A stretch of 64,000 bases of DNA from an uncultured bacterium (GTDB lineage Bacteria; Hydrogenedentota; Hydrogenedentia; Hydrogenedentales; Hydrogenedentaceae), in contig CAKZKR010000097.1 in NCBI GenBank assembly GCA_937124615.1, positions 8,697 to 72,696 of the forward strand, written 5' to 3'. The position numbers and the translations under genes are program-made. A model generated the notes under the pieces. That model was not told the DNA's origin. It was given only the letters and a program-made list of their open reading frames with translations, and did no database searches. Positions 9,518 through 19,514 of the stretch are shown piece after piece. The first letter of the stretch is position 1. Each line of letters opens with the position of its first letter.

Positions 9518-10858
9518 TTAGCCTAATTTACCAATATTTGCCCAGACTTTTTGGAAAGCATGGATATATTGTTCTACCAGCTCGGGTTGGTCTGTTGTGA
9601 AGTAAGGTAGAGATATAGCGGTACGGTTTGCTTCTTCACAACCTTTTGGTGTTCCTTCTTTGGGAAGTACCGGCATGTAGTCCCACCATTTGGTTTCACT
9701 GAAAATAGGGTAGGTATGAAGGAGTGTCCATTGATATTCAACAATATCTACACCTTCGGCTTTTAATGCTTTAACAATCGCAGAGCGTGAGGCCCCGGCT
9801 TTTTTCTCATCAATAAACATTAAATTTCGGGAATAATAAACTCTTTCTGAATCGGGACGGACATATTGAGCCGATAAGCCGGGAAGCTGTGTAATGGTGT
9901 CATTTAGTTTTTTCATTTGTGCGACGCCTTTTGTATTTTTTTCTGCTAATGTTTTTAACTGAATATTAGCCAGGATGGCTGCGATGGGATGTATTCTCAA
10001 TTTACTACCGAAAGCAGTTCCCTGATACTTTCTGTAAGGGCTATCTTCAGGAAATGTCTTGGGAAGGTCGTAATTTCCGAAAGTTACGGAGCGTTCATAA
10101 TCTCGGATGTCTTTATACATGGCTATTCCGCCTTCAATAGCAGGTAATGGTTTTGTTGTTTGAAGGCTAAAACCTGCCATACGACCCCATTTGCCAATAT
10201 ATATATCTTTTAGTTTTGCTCCGTGAGCATGACTTGCATCTTCAACGACTTCCAACTCATGTTCTTTTGCGAAATCATTAATTAAGTCCATATCACAGGG
10301 GACACCGTACCAGTGTACAGGTAATATGGCTCGGGTCTTTGGGGAAAGCCGTTTTTTACAATCTTCGACATCGAGGTTCATTGTTTTAGGATTGACATCG
10401 ACAAATACGGGCACATATTTCAGAAAACGCATTGGAACTACAGGGAACCATGTGCTGTAGTCCGGGACGAGGATCTCACTGCCGGGAGGTAAGTCGAGTG
10501 CAAATAGAGTAGAAGTTAATGCGCTTGTTCCATTGCAATGTGCTTTTACAAATGGGCAATCAAAATGTTTTTTCCATGCTTCTTCAAATTCTGCGATAGG
10601 GGAGTAACCTGGGCTTTTAATCAGTTCGGTTACCAGTTGGATTTCTTCTTCTCCATAAATAGGCCATTGTGTTGCATTGGGAGGATGAAGAGTAACTGCT
10701 GGAGTCCCACCGTGTATAGCCAAAGTTTCTTTTTTTAGAGATTCAGATGATGGTTGAGCTACGGATTTTACTTGACTTCCTAAATACACTGCAGAACTGA
10801 TAGTAGCGGTAGTCTTTAAGAATTCTCTTCTTCCTTTATCTTCAAATATAGTATTCAT
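9518..10858 (-). CDS. DegT/DnrJ/EryC1/StrS PLP-dependent aminotransferase with a Tat signal
   Basis: NGTSAL, EDASHAHG, FSLQTTKPLPAIEGG (PLP lysine). N-terminal GRREFLK twin-arginine motif. Confidence 0.88.
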   Translation of the reverse strand: MNTIFEDKGRREFLKTTATISSAVYLGSQVKSVAQPSSESLKKETLAIHGGTPAVTLHPPNATQWPIYGEEEIQLVTELIKSPGYSPIAEFEEAWKKHFDCPFVKAHCNGTSALTSTLFALDLPPGSEILVPDYSTWFPVVPMRFLKYVPVFVDVNPKTMNLDVEDCKKRLSPKTRAILPVHWYGVPCDMDLINDFAKEHELEVVEDASHAHGAKLKDIYIGKWGRMAGFSLQTTKPLPAIEGGIAMYKDIRDYERSVTFGNYDLPKTFPEDSPYRKYQGTAFGSKLRIHPIAAILANIQLKTLAEKNTKGVAQMKKLNDTITQLPGLSAQYVRPDSERVYYSRNLMFIDEKKAGASRSAIVKALKAEGVDIVEYQWTLLHTYPIFSETKWWDYMPVLPKEGTPKGCEEANRTAISLPYFTTDQPELVEQYIHAFQKVWANIGKLG

Positions 10859-10972
10859 TTTATTTTCTCCTGTATATTAAAAATTTAATAGAAGTATCAT
10901 ATTTTATTATGATAAATATATTCAATAAAGTCAATTGAAATTATAAAATAAATAGAAATACAAAAGGACATA

Positions 10973-12130
10973 GTGATGGCAGGAAGAAAAATTGTTTGTG
11001 CGTTAATTATTTTGATGATTTTATTAACGGGCAGTCTTTTAATAGTCTTTATCTGGTCGGTCAATCGTGAAAATAAAGCAAAGATAGATGAAGCATTTGA
11101 TTATGTCCTTAATGTGGTCTATTCTGATGGGTTGCATAATTCCAATTCAGATATGATCTGCTGGAGGGGTAGTTTTTATCTAATCCATGCTAATTCACCG
11201 TTTCATCTGGGTAGTGTGCAGTGCAAGTTGATATTATGGAAATCCGATGATGGAAATCATTGGGAGAAAATAAAGGAATTTAATTCCCCGGGAGAAGATA
11301 TACGCGACCCTAAGTTTGCAGAGATCAATGGGCAATTGTTTTTATATGTACTTGTTAATAGAGATTTGTTTGCGGAACCTTATAGAACTTTATACGCACG
11401 GTCAAGGGATGGGAGGAATTGGACACCATTTGAACCATTGCAAGGTGACGCTGAAGGTTGGCTTTTATGGCGACCCAAAACGAGAAATTATATAGACTGG
11501 TATGTTACGGGCTATTGGAATGAGCATGGAAAGTCCGCTTTATTTTGTTCAAGAAATGGTATTTTTTGGGACCTTGTATCTATAATTCATGAGGGGGATA
11601 GAAATGATGAGACGGATTTTGAGTTTTTGCCGGATGATGCGATAATTTGTACTGCCCGACTGGAATTTTCTGATTCGTGGTTTGGTCATACGCAAGGTAG
11701 CACTTTGATAGCCACAGCCAACCCCCCCTATAAAGAGTGGACCAAAACAAGAACATCTATAACAAGATTGGATGGTCCTTGTTTGTTTGCTTTTGATGGA
11801 AAGGTTTTTGCAACTGGCCGGAGAGATTGTAGTAATAGGGGCCCGTTTTGGTATATAGGAAGCATTTTTAATAGGAAAAGGACCTCGTTATGGCATGTAA
11901 GCCCGGAGGGATTGAGATGGTTAACAGATTTTCCCAGTTCGGGAGATACAGCATATGGAGGAGTAGCTATGAGAGGTGGTAATATTTATATGTGTTATTA
12001 TAGTAATCCTATAACGAAGGATTATCCATGGGTAATTGGTATGTTTGGACAGACAGATATATTTATGATCCGATGCGGAAAAGATGATTTTAAATTATAT
12101 GTTAATAATAAGATAAAAGGTGGTAAATAG
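10973..12130 (+). CDS. Membrane-anchored sialidase-like (Asp-box/BNR) beta-propeller protein
   Basis: N-terminal TM helix. Asp-box repeats SDDGNHW, SRDGRNW, SRNGIFW, plus RDP and GDTAY motifs. Confidence 0.7.
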   Translation: MMAGRKIVCALIILMILLTGSLLIVFIWSVNRENKAKIDEAFDYVLNVVYSDGLHNSNSDMICWRGSFYLIHANSPFHLGSVQCKLILWKSDDGNHWEKIKEFNSPGEDIRDPKFAEINGQLFLYVLVNRDLFAEPYRTLYARSRDGRNWTPFEPLQGDAEGWLLWRPKTRNYIDWYVTGYWNEHGKSALFCSRNGIFWDLVSIIHEGDRNDETDFEFLPDDAIICTARLEFSDSWFGHTQGSTLIATANPPYKEWTKTRTSITRLDGPCLFAFDGKVFATGRRDCSNRGPFWYIGSIFNRKRTSLWHVSPEGLRWLTDFPSSGDTAYGGVAMRGGNIYMCYYSNPITKDYPWVIGMFGQTDIFMIRCGKDDFKLYVNNKIKGGK

Positions 12131-12139
12131 GGCGTTGTA

Positions 12140-13030
12140 TTAAAGAAGACTAACCTTTTTGCGTATGATTTTCTGATGGTATTTATTCAGTTGGATGATT
12201 TCTGTAATACCCTGACTTAATAGTAACTCTCGTGCTTTATCTAATTCATATCCGACCTGCTTAATGTTGTGAGAGTCATCAGCAAAAGTAAAGGGGATTT
12301 TTAATTCTGCTGATTTTTGAATAATGAGTATATCCGGGAAAATTCGATTAATAGGTTTTCTTAAACCACTGGTGTTCAGTTCCATTATACAATTATTCTT
12401 TTTTACTTCTTCTAAAGTTTGTTCAATAATGTTGATTAATTTGGGAGTATATTTGGGGATTTCTTTTTGTTTTAGAAAGCAGGTAATCAGGTCAAAATGA
12501 GCTACAATATCGGGTTTTAGAGATGTAATCATATCTTTTAATGTTTTGTAGTAATCTATCATTAAGTTTTCCAGCCCCTGATGTGCTTCGACAGCCTTTT
12601 TAAATGTTTCGGGTGAGAAATCGGTCATGTATCCGTTGACCCAATGAACAGAGCCAACAATATATTCGATATTTCCTTCTTTGATTAGTTTTTGGCTGAA
12701 AGAAATATATTCATCTGGAGGGACAACTTCAATTTCCAGTCCCTTTAATAATGTAATTTGTGAAGTATATTTTTTTTGAAGTATTTCTAATGTTTTACAG
12801 TATGAATAAAAACTATTTATTAAGTTTTCAGGTGTTTTTTGCTTTTCTATCTCTTCAGGGTAGAGATATTTTTTCTGATTTCGAGGTGCATGTTCTGAGA
12901 AACCATAAACAGGCATGTTTAATTCAATAGCACGATGGATAATCTCTTCTATAGAACTGTCTGCATGGTCGCAGAATTCATTACTATGTCCTCCATGAAC
13001 AGAGAAGAACCATGGTTTTATTTTTTGCAT
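12140..13030 (-). CDS. PHP-family histidinol-phosphatase (HisJ/HisK type)
   Basis: VHGGHS, FSEHAP, GLEIE, VGSVH, AHFDL, ELNTSG and DDSH metal ligands. Confidence 0.85.
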   Translation of the reverse strand: MQKIKPWFFSVHGGHSNEFCDHADSSIEEIIHRAIELNMPVYGFSEHAPRNQKKYLYPEEIEKQKTPENLINSFYSYCKTLEILQKKYTSQITLLKGLEIEVVPPDEYISFSQKLIKEGNIEYIVGSVHWVNGYMTDFSPETFKKAVEAHQGLENLMIDYYKTLKDMITSLKPDIVAHFDLITCFLKQKEIPKYTPKLINIIEQTLEEVKKNNCIMELNTSGLRKPINRIFPDILIIQKSAELKIPFTFADDSHNIKQVGYELDKARELLLSQGITEIIQLNKYHQKIIRKKVSLL

Positions 13031-13135
13031 ATAAAATGTCTCCGTATAGTCCATATAGACTTCTTTAATAAGCTTTATTATGATATGCTAATAACTGGGA
13101 GAATAAAAAATAAATACTTATCAGGAGGAAAAGAA

Positions 13136-13984
13136 ATGAGTTTTTCCTTTTTAGTTTTTGAACTGGTATTTTTAGTGACATTGTTGGCAGAAGAACAACC
13201 GATTCAGCAAGTCTGTGGTTTTAAGTTTACAGAAGGGCCTTTATGGGTGGAAGAATATGGATGGATATTTAGTGATATACCAGCAAATAGGGTATGTAGA
13301 TTTGAAAGGAATGAGGTATTATTGAATCCAAGTGGAAATTCTAATGGCCTGGCTTTGGATAAAAAAGGGAACATTCTTCTTGCGGAACATGGTAATCGAA
13401 GAATTTCGAGATTGTACAGAGATGGCAGAATGGAGGTGGTAGTAGAACAATACGAGAAGAAGCGTTTTAATAGCCCAAATGATTTAGTAGTTCGTTCTGA
13501 TGAAACTATATTTTTTACAGACCCACCGTATGGCTTACCCGGAGGTTTGGAAGGACCTAATGCGGAACTCAATTTTTGTGGTGTTTATGAAGTAACGCCC
13601 AAGGGTGAAGTATTTCTTATAAATAAAAATTTAAAGAAGCCCAATGGAATTACTTTGTCCAAAAAGGAAGATGTATTGTTTGTGGCGGATACAGAGCAAG
13701 ATGCTATTTTTAAGTTTGAGTATAAAGGGAAAGATTATCCAGTAGAAGAAATTAAATTTTGTGAGGTATTGTCACCGGATGGGATAAAGATGGATAAGGA
13801 TGATAATCTTTGGGTTACTTCTTCGGAGGGAGTTGTTGTATTTAATAGTAAAGGGGAGAGGATATATCTAATTAAAGTTCCAAAACACCCGGCTAATTGT
13901 GCTTTTGGGGGGAAGAATGGAGATGAATTTCTTGTAACAGCTCGTGATTGCGTTTATTTATATCGTTTGAAAAAAGAAAAATAG
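13136..13984 (+). CDS. SMP-30/gluconolactonase family protein, probably exported
   Basis: GGAGG RBS before ATG 13136. FTEGPLW, FSDIP, SNGL, NSPND, PNGI, PDGIKMD and NCAFGG motifs. Confidence 0.9.
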   Translation: MSFSFLVFELVFLVTLLAEEQPIQQVCGFKFTEGPLWVEEYGWIFSDIPANRVCRFERNEVLLNPSGNSNGLALDKKGNILLAEHGNRRISRLYRDGRMEVVVEQYEKKRFNSPNDLVVRSDETIFFTDPPYGLPGGLEGPNAELNFCGVYEVTPKGEVFLINKNLKKPNGITLSKKEDVLFVADTEQDAIFKFEYKGKDYPVEEIKFCEVLSPDGIKMDKDDNLWVTSSEGVVVFNSKGERIYLIKVPKHPANCAFGGKNGDEFLVTARDCVYLYRLKKEK

Positions 13985-14116
13985 ATAAGAAAAGGAAAGT
14001 AGAAAAATTGAAACACTGTTTATTGATAATGTTATGATAATAGTCCTTTCTGTTTAATAATAATTGTGATTAAATGAGAATATGTTGTTTTAAAGATAAT
14101 AGAAGGTGTTAAACTT

Positions 14117-15133
14117 ATGATAGATTTGAACAAGATAAAGTCAGCAGAAGTATGGCGTGATAAGAGGGAAGACTTAAAAAAACAATTTTTGCGTTATTTG
14201 GGTGAGGATGTACTTATTTTGAGTGACCCTCTTTATGAAGAGATAGAAGAAGATCGTTCCAATGTTTTTGTGCCTCATACGAAAGTTACTGATGAATCTG
14301 TAGAGGATGAATTGAAAAAGTATAAAATTGAATATTCTGTTCAAGAAGAAGAACGAATCACTGCATGGGTTTTTGTACTGGAACAGACCAAAAAGGAATC
14401 AGTCCCTGCAATTCTTTGTTGTCATGACTATATTCCGCAAGGCAAAGATGAATTTGCAGGTATTGATGGTGACCCTCAATATGCACTTGCTAAGGAACTT
14501 GCATACTCGGGGTATCTTACGATGGTCCCAGATTGTTTATATTTTGGAGAAAGGGCGGAACCGAAACGAACAAGAGGTACAGCAAAATCTCAAGAGATTA
14601 GATCTTCTAAAATTGTATATCAGGGTAAATTGATAATGGATTATTTAGCAGGATTGCGAGTTTTTGGGACATGGTTTACATCGAATATTACGAGTATTGG
14701 TGTGTTGGGAAAAGGATTTGGGGCTTTACAAGCAATACTTTTAACAGCCATAGAGCCGTCTATTCAAGCATGTGTCGCCATAGGCCCTTTGTCCTCATGG
14801 AAAGATAAAAAAGATAAGAATAATTGGTTATTCCATAGTAAACATGATTTAATACCTGGACTTTGTAAAGAAATAGAAACAGGAAAAGAGACCTTTGATA
14901 TAGAGCATATTTTGGCTCTTTGTGCTACAAGTGCAGTTTTGATTATAAATCCTGCTGGTAATATAGATAGTACCGGTAGACAAAAGGCGGGTTTTTCATA
15001 TATTAAATCTGCAGCGAGAATTTATGATTTGTTAGGAATGCCAGAGGCTTTTCAGGTTGTGCAAAGGAAAACAAAATCTTTTAGTAGTTCTTTTCTGCCT
15101 ATTATTGAGGATTGGTTTGCTGATTGGCTTTGA
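14117..15133 (+). CDS. Alpha/beta-hydrolase fold (dienelactone-hydrolase-like) protein lacking the catalytic nucleophile
   Basis: PAILCCH, YALAKELA..GY, PD..YFGER are family-like. The nucleophile elbow reads GKGFG instead of GxSxG. Confidence 0.7.
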   Translation: MIDLNKIKSAEVWRDKREDLKKQFLRYLGEDVLILSDPLYEEIEEDRSNVFVPHTKVTDESVEDELKKYKIEYSVQEEERITAWVFVLEQTKKESVPAILCCHDYIPQGKDEFAGIDGDPQYALAKELAYSGYLTMVPDCLYFGERAEPKRTRGTAKSQEIRSSKIVYQGKLIMDYLAGLRVFGTWFTSNITSIGVLGKGFGALQAILLTAIEPSIQACVAIGPLSSWKDKKDKNNWLFHSKHDLIPGLCKEIETGKETFDIEHILALCATSAVLIINPAGNIDSTGRQKAGFSYIKSAARIYDLLGMPEAFQVVQRKTKSFSSSFLPIIEDWFADWL

Positions 15134-15144
15134 TGGAGTAAATA

Positions 15145-16143
15145 TTGGAACCTATTTTCAGGAATGAATTAATATATAGGGATTGTTTTAATAACATGAT
15201 TGAAAATTATAAAAGTAAAATTGATAAGTTAATTCAGAATATAGAGCGTGTATTTTTAGGTAAAACCCATGCCATAAAACTCTGTGTAGTAGGAATGCTT
15301 TCGAAAGGGCATATTCTAATAGAGGATGTGCCGGGAATGGGAAAGACAACACTTGCACAGGTGTTAGCACGTTCTATGAATTGTGTTTTTCATCGTATTC
15401 AGTTTACAAGTGATATGCTTCCATCAGATATTTTAGGGGTTTCCATATTGAATCCGCGAACAACAGATTTTGAATTTCGACGGGGACCTATTTTTGCCAA
15501 TATAGTGCTTGCAGATGAGATTAATCGAACTCCACCAAAAACACAGAGCGCTTTGCTGGAAGCAATGAGTGAAAATCAGGTATCGGTTGATGGAAGCACT
15601 TATCCCTTACCCCAGCCTTTCATTGTGATTGCGACACAGAATCCTATTGAATATGAGGGGACATATAGTCTTCCTGAATCACAGTTAGATAGGTTTTTAA
15701 TTCGATTGGAGATCGGTTATCCACCAGCAGAGGAGGAACTTATCATTATGAAGAAAAGGGAGGTTGTTAAGGAAATAAGTGAGTTACCGCCAGTGTTAAC
15801 TTCGGAAGATATAATCGAATTGCAGGAGCAGACAAAGAAGATATTTGTCGATGTGTCAATAACGGAATATATATTGCAGATTATTGAGCAGACGAGGAGA
15901 CATGAACAAGTAGAATTGGGGATAAGTCCGAGGGGAACGCAGAGTTTATATGTTGCGACACAGGCTTGGGCACTTATTAATGGAAGAGACTTTGCAACAC
16001 CACAGGATGTTCGAGAAGTTGCAGAGCCTGTTTTGTCTCATCGATTGATTTCAAAATCGAGGTCGTTTAATCTTATGCATATAGCAGAGGAACGAAAGAA
16101 GATTATTCAGGATATTCTTCAGATGGTTCCAATACCCCGTTAA
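15145..16143 (+). CDS. moxR: MoxR family AAA+ ATPase
   Basis: EDVPGMGKT Walker A, RIQFTSDMLPSD, LADEINR Walker B, ATQNPIE and QLDRF. Confidence 0.95.
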   Translation: MEPIFRNELIYRDCFNNMIENYKSKIDKLIQNIERVFLGKTHAIKLCVVGMLSKGHILIEDVPGMGKTTLAQVLARSMNCVFHRIQFTSDMLPSDILGVSILNPRTTDFEFRRGPIFANIVLADEINRTPPKTQSALLEAMSENQVSVDGSTYPLPQPFIVIATQNPIEYEGTYSLPESQLDRFLIRLEIGYPPAEEELIIMKKREVVKEISELPPVLTSEDIIELQEQTKKIFVDVSITEYILQIIEQTRRHEQVELGISPRGTQSLYVATQAWALINGRDFATPQDVREVAEPVLSHRLISKSRSFNLMHIAEERKKIIQDILQMVPIPR

Positions 16144-16145
16144 TT

Positions 16146-17243
16146 ATGATTTCAGGATTTCCCATACGAACAAGAACGATACGAACTTATTGGTGGGGGG
16201 AAGTATTGTTTACAATCCTTTTACTGCTTTCTGCATGGAATAGTGGTAACAATATTTTGTATCTGGCATTTTCTGTGTGTTTTTCTATTGCGGTTTGTGC
16301 AGAGTTTTTTTCACGATGGAATTTTAGACCACCTCGTCTGGAGTTTTTGGTTCCGGAACAAGTTACGAGAGGTAGTGAGGCCACGATATGGATACGGTTA
16401 GAAAATATGAAGAAGCGGACTCCTTTGTTTGGACTTTCCTTAGAAGGTATAATTGAAGATACACGCGGGGTTAGAACAAGGGTATTCTGGAAGAAACTCC
16501 CGATTTTACCGGTAAATCAGTTTATAGAATTTTCATTAGAGCAGGAATTTTCAAGGCGGGGTCGTATATGTATAACAGATGTTATTATTAAGTCTGAGTT
16601 TCCATTAGGAATTGTTGAAAAAGAAACATGGTATCGGGTTGACGCGGAAATACTGGTAGTTCCAAAGACACAGTTTTTAAAGGTGCAATCGTTGGGAAGT
16701 TTTGCGGGAGGAAGTCGTGTTCCTACACGAACCCTAATTTCCGAATCGGGAGATTTCTATTCTATTCGGGAGTATCAACCGGGGGACGATTTAAGGTATG
16801 TTGCATGGAAGATTAGTGCTCGATTGGGTGTATGGTTGGTTCGAGAATGGGCGTTAAGTTTACCCAATCAGTATCTGATTTATTTGGATTTAAGAAGACC
16901 TGTTGGTGAAAATGATGAAGAATTGTTTGAAGAGATGATGGATTTTGTTGCTTCGATGTCATATTCACTTCTAATGAAGCAGTTTCGAGTTGGGATTTGG
17001 ACGGAAGAGGATAAAATTCCACTTGGGCATGGTGTGGGACATTTGAATCTGATATTGAAAAAGTTAGCATTGCTTCAGCCTTCTAAGGATAAAGAAATAG
17101 ATGATAAGTTATGGAATCGATTTGTTCAAGAAGGAAGAAGTTCAAGGTTATTGTTAATATCTGTCAATCCCGAATTATGGGGTAAACTTTTATCGACGGG
17201 TATGAGGGTGGTAAATCCGGATGTTATATCTGCAGGAAGATAG
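16146..17243 (+). CDS. DUF58 domain protein
   Basis: FPLG, IREYQPGDDLRYVAWKISAR, VRE. Lies directly after moxR. Confidence 0.9.
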   Translation: MISGFPIRTRTIRTYWWGEVLFTILLLLSAWNSGNNILYLAFSVCFSIAVCAEFFSRWNFRPPRLEFLVPEQVTRGSEATIWIRLENMKKRTPLFGLSLEGIIEDTRGVRTRVFWKKLPILPVNQFIEFSLEQEFSRRGRICITDVIIKSEFPLGIVEKETWYRVDAEILVVPKTQFLKVQSLGSFAGGSRVPTRTLISESGDFYSIREYQPGDDLRYVAWKISARLGVWLVREWALSLPNQYLIYLDLRRPVGENDEELFEEMMDFVASMSYSLLMKQFRVGIWTEEDKIPLGHGVGHLNLILKKLALLQPSKDKEIDDKLWNRFVQEGRSSRLLLISVNPELWGKLLSTGMRVVNPDVISAGR

Positions 17244-19458
17244 ACATAATTTGATACTAAAAATATCGGTGATGATTGTTGTTCTATCGTCGTATCTGGC
17301 GTTAACAGCAGTTCGATATTACGGTATGGTTATGTTATTTGTTCCTATTCTTCCGCTGGTTTTAAATTTTTTGGTTGAAAGAATAGTTGAACAATATCCT
17401 CGTTATCCCTTCTGGATACAGGTTCCTTTGTGGATTATTAGTATTCTTTTGCCTGTTTTAATTCTGTTGTTAGGTATTTTAGATACTGTACTTCTTTTGA
17501 CGGGTATGATACAGTTGACATTAGTTGCACGACCGAAGGGAATGAAAGAGTATCTGTATATCATTCTTATGAGTTTCTTTCTTCTTTTAGGGGCAGGAGT
17601 TCAGGCTCCGGAGTTTGTTGTAGGTATCTCTTTTATTATATTTGTCTGTTGTATTTTTATATTATTACCTGCGGTCACAATGGTTTATGGCAAAGATAAG
17701 GAAGGGAGGAGTATTTCAGTTCCCTGGATACAATTAAAGAAGATATTTCCAGCATACAGATATTATCTTGTCGTTTTTGTTTTGTTGAATATTCTTGTTG
17801 GATGGTTTTTTATTATTTCTGGATTTATATTTATGCCTCGTATGGAAGCGGGTATTTTTGGTCGGGATATTGGGAATTTATCTCGAACGGGGATATCTAC
17901 CAGTGTTTCGTTAAGGGGTGGACAAACTGTTTCAATATCTTATACGCCTATAATGAGTGTTTTTATACCTACAGCAAGTGAAAAACCCCCCATACAACAA
18001 AATCAACTTTATTGGCGTATTACAAGTTTGCCAACTTATCTGGGAATACAATGGCGTAGGTGGCCTCTTGAGGATTCTTATGAACCTTCGTTTTCTTCTA
18101 TTTCTTTTATTGGAATGTTAAGGGCTCTTCAGCAAGAACAGAATAATAAAAGAGGGAGTAGTATTTTCTTCGAAAGAGAAAGGGATATGCCCTCTGTCCA
18201 AATAGTGCAGGAGATTTATCTGGATAGTATTCCAGAAGATGGGATTCCTGTATTAGACCGTGTTAGGAATTTCAGTGTCCGGGAATCTGGTACTAATGTT
18301 TCTTTGACCTGGGACTCAACGAAGGACTATACAGTGTCTTTTTCCTCGAATAATGTGCGGAGATTGGTGTATAGAGTAGTATCGGACCTTATTCAATGGG
18401 ATGAAGCACGATTGAGAAATGCACCAAGTAATTACAAGGAATTAATGTCTTCGCGCGATTATGATTTGTTAACTCAACATGATTTATCACCCGAAGTTCA
18501 AGCACGAATCCAACGGGTTGTGGAGGGAAAGGAGACTGTTTTTGATAAAGTGATTGCGATAGAGGATTGGTTGTCAGGACCAGAATTTGTATATACCCTT
18601 GATATCCCTCCTTTACCGGGTGAGCATCCTATGAATGCGTTTTTTACACAAATCCGGCGAGGGCATTGTGAGTTGTTTGCAAGTGCGATGGCTCTTGCTG
18701 TTCGAAGTTTGGGTATACCTGCTCGGGTAGTTTCGGGATATGTAGGGGGGGAATGGGACCCACAAAGCCGTTCTTATATTGTGCGAGAGGGAATGGCTCA
18801 TTTGTGGGTGGAGGTGTTGTTTCCTAATTATGGATGGGTGCCTTTTGACCCTTCACCTTTGCCTGATTCCAATTATTTTGTGAGGAATCAAATTATAATG
18901 CAATTAACGCGTTGGATGTTACGAACACGGATGTTTTGGTATCAGCGAATAGTCGGGTTTGACCGTGGATTTCAATTGCCCAGTTTTGGTTTTGAAAGAA
19001 TAGGTTTTATTAAAAGTATAGATGATTTTGTTAATCCAGGAAGGAAAATAGCAGTTCCTTCGGTAGGCAGTTTCGTTATCCTTCTGATATTTTTGGGGAT
19101 GTTATACCTTTTAGGATTGATATGGCAATTGTTATGGAAAACATTTAATTTTTACCGGCTTGAAGTAAGAAAGATATATCTGACGAGGGACCAGCTTGAA
19201 GCAAAAAAAATATTTAAGAAGGTAGAAATGATATTTGCACGGAATAGGTGGAGGATTCAGAATTTAACAGTTGAAGAGATAGAAAAAGAATTACCTTACA
19301 AAGTTCCTTCATTGGCGATGGAAATTCAGACTTTTTTAGAGGAATACAATTTGGTACGGTTTGGTAATAGTCCGTGGAATAAGATAAGGAGACAATATTG
19401 GTGGAAGAAGATTAATGAGTGGAGAAAAAGGAAGTATTGGATTGAGAATAATAAATAG
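17221..19458 (+). CDS. tgpA: DUF3488 plus transglutaminase-like membrane protein (TgpA type)
   Basis: N-terminal TM block. Cys-His-Asp triad in GHCELFASAM, AHLWVEV, WVPFDP. Canonical moxR-DUF58-TGase order. Confidence 0.88.
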   Translation: MLYLQEDRHNLILKISVMIVVLSSYLALTAVRYYGMVMLFVPILPLVLNFLVERIVEQYPRYPFWIQVPLWIISILLPVLILLLGILDTVLLLTGMIQLTLVARPKGMKEYLYIILMSFFLLLGAGVQAPEFVVGISFIIFVCCIFILLPAVTMVYGKDKEGRSISVPWIQLKKIFPAYRYYLVVFVLLNILVGWFFIISGFIFMPRMEAGIFGRDIGNLSRTGISTSVSLRGGQTVSISYTPIMSVFIPTASEKPPIQQNQLYWRITSLPTYLGIQWRRWPLEDSYEPSFSSISFIGMLRALQQEQNNKRGSSIFFERERDMPSVQIVQEIYLDSIPEDGIPVLDRVRNFSVRESGTNVSLTWDSTKDYTVSFSSNNVRRLVYRVVSDLIQWDEARLRNAPSNYKELMSSRDYDLLTQHDLSPEVQARIQRVVEGKETVFDKVIAIEDWLSGPEFVYTLDIPPLPGEHPMNAFFTQIRRGHCELFASAMALAVRSLGIPARVVSGYVGGEWDPQSRSYIVREGMAHLWVEVLFPNYGWVPFDPSPLPDSNYFVRNQIIMQLTRWMLRTRMFWYQRIVGFDRGFQLPSFGFERIGFIKSIDDFVNPGRKIAVPSVGSFVILLIFLGMLYLLGLIWQLLWKTFNFYRLEVRKIYLTRDQLEAKKIFKKVEMIFARNRWRIQNLTVEEIEKELPYKVPSLAMEIQTFLEEYNLVRFGNSPWNKIRRQYWWKKINEWRKRKYWIENNK

Positions 19459-19514
19459 TAGGGTTATTGAATTGGTTGTAGAATCGAAGTGTTAGAATTG
19501 TAAAACTATATTAA

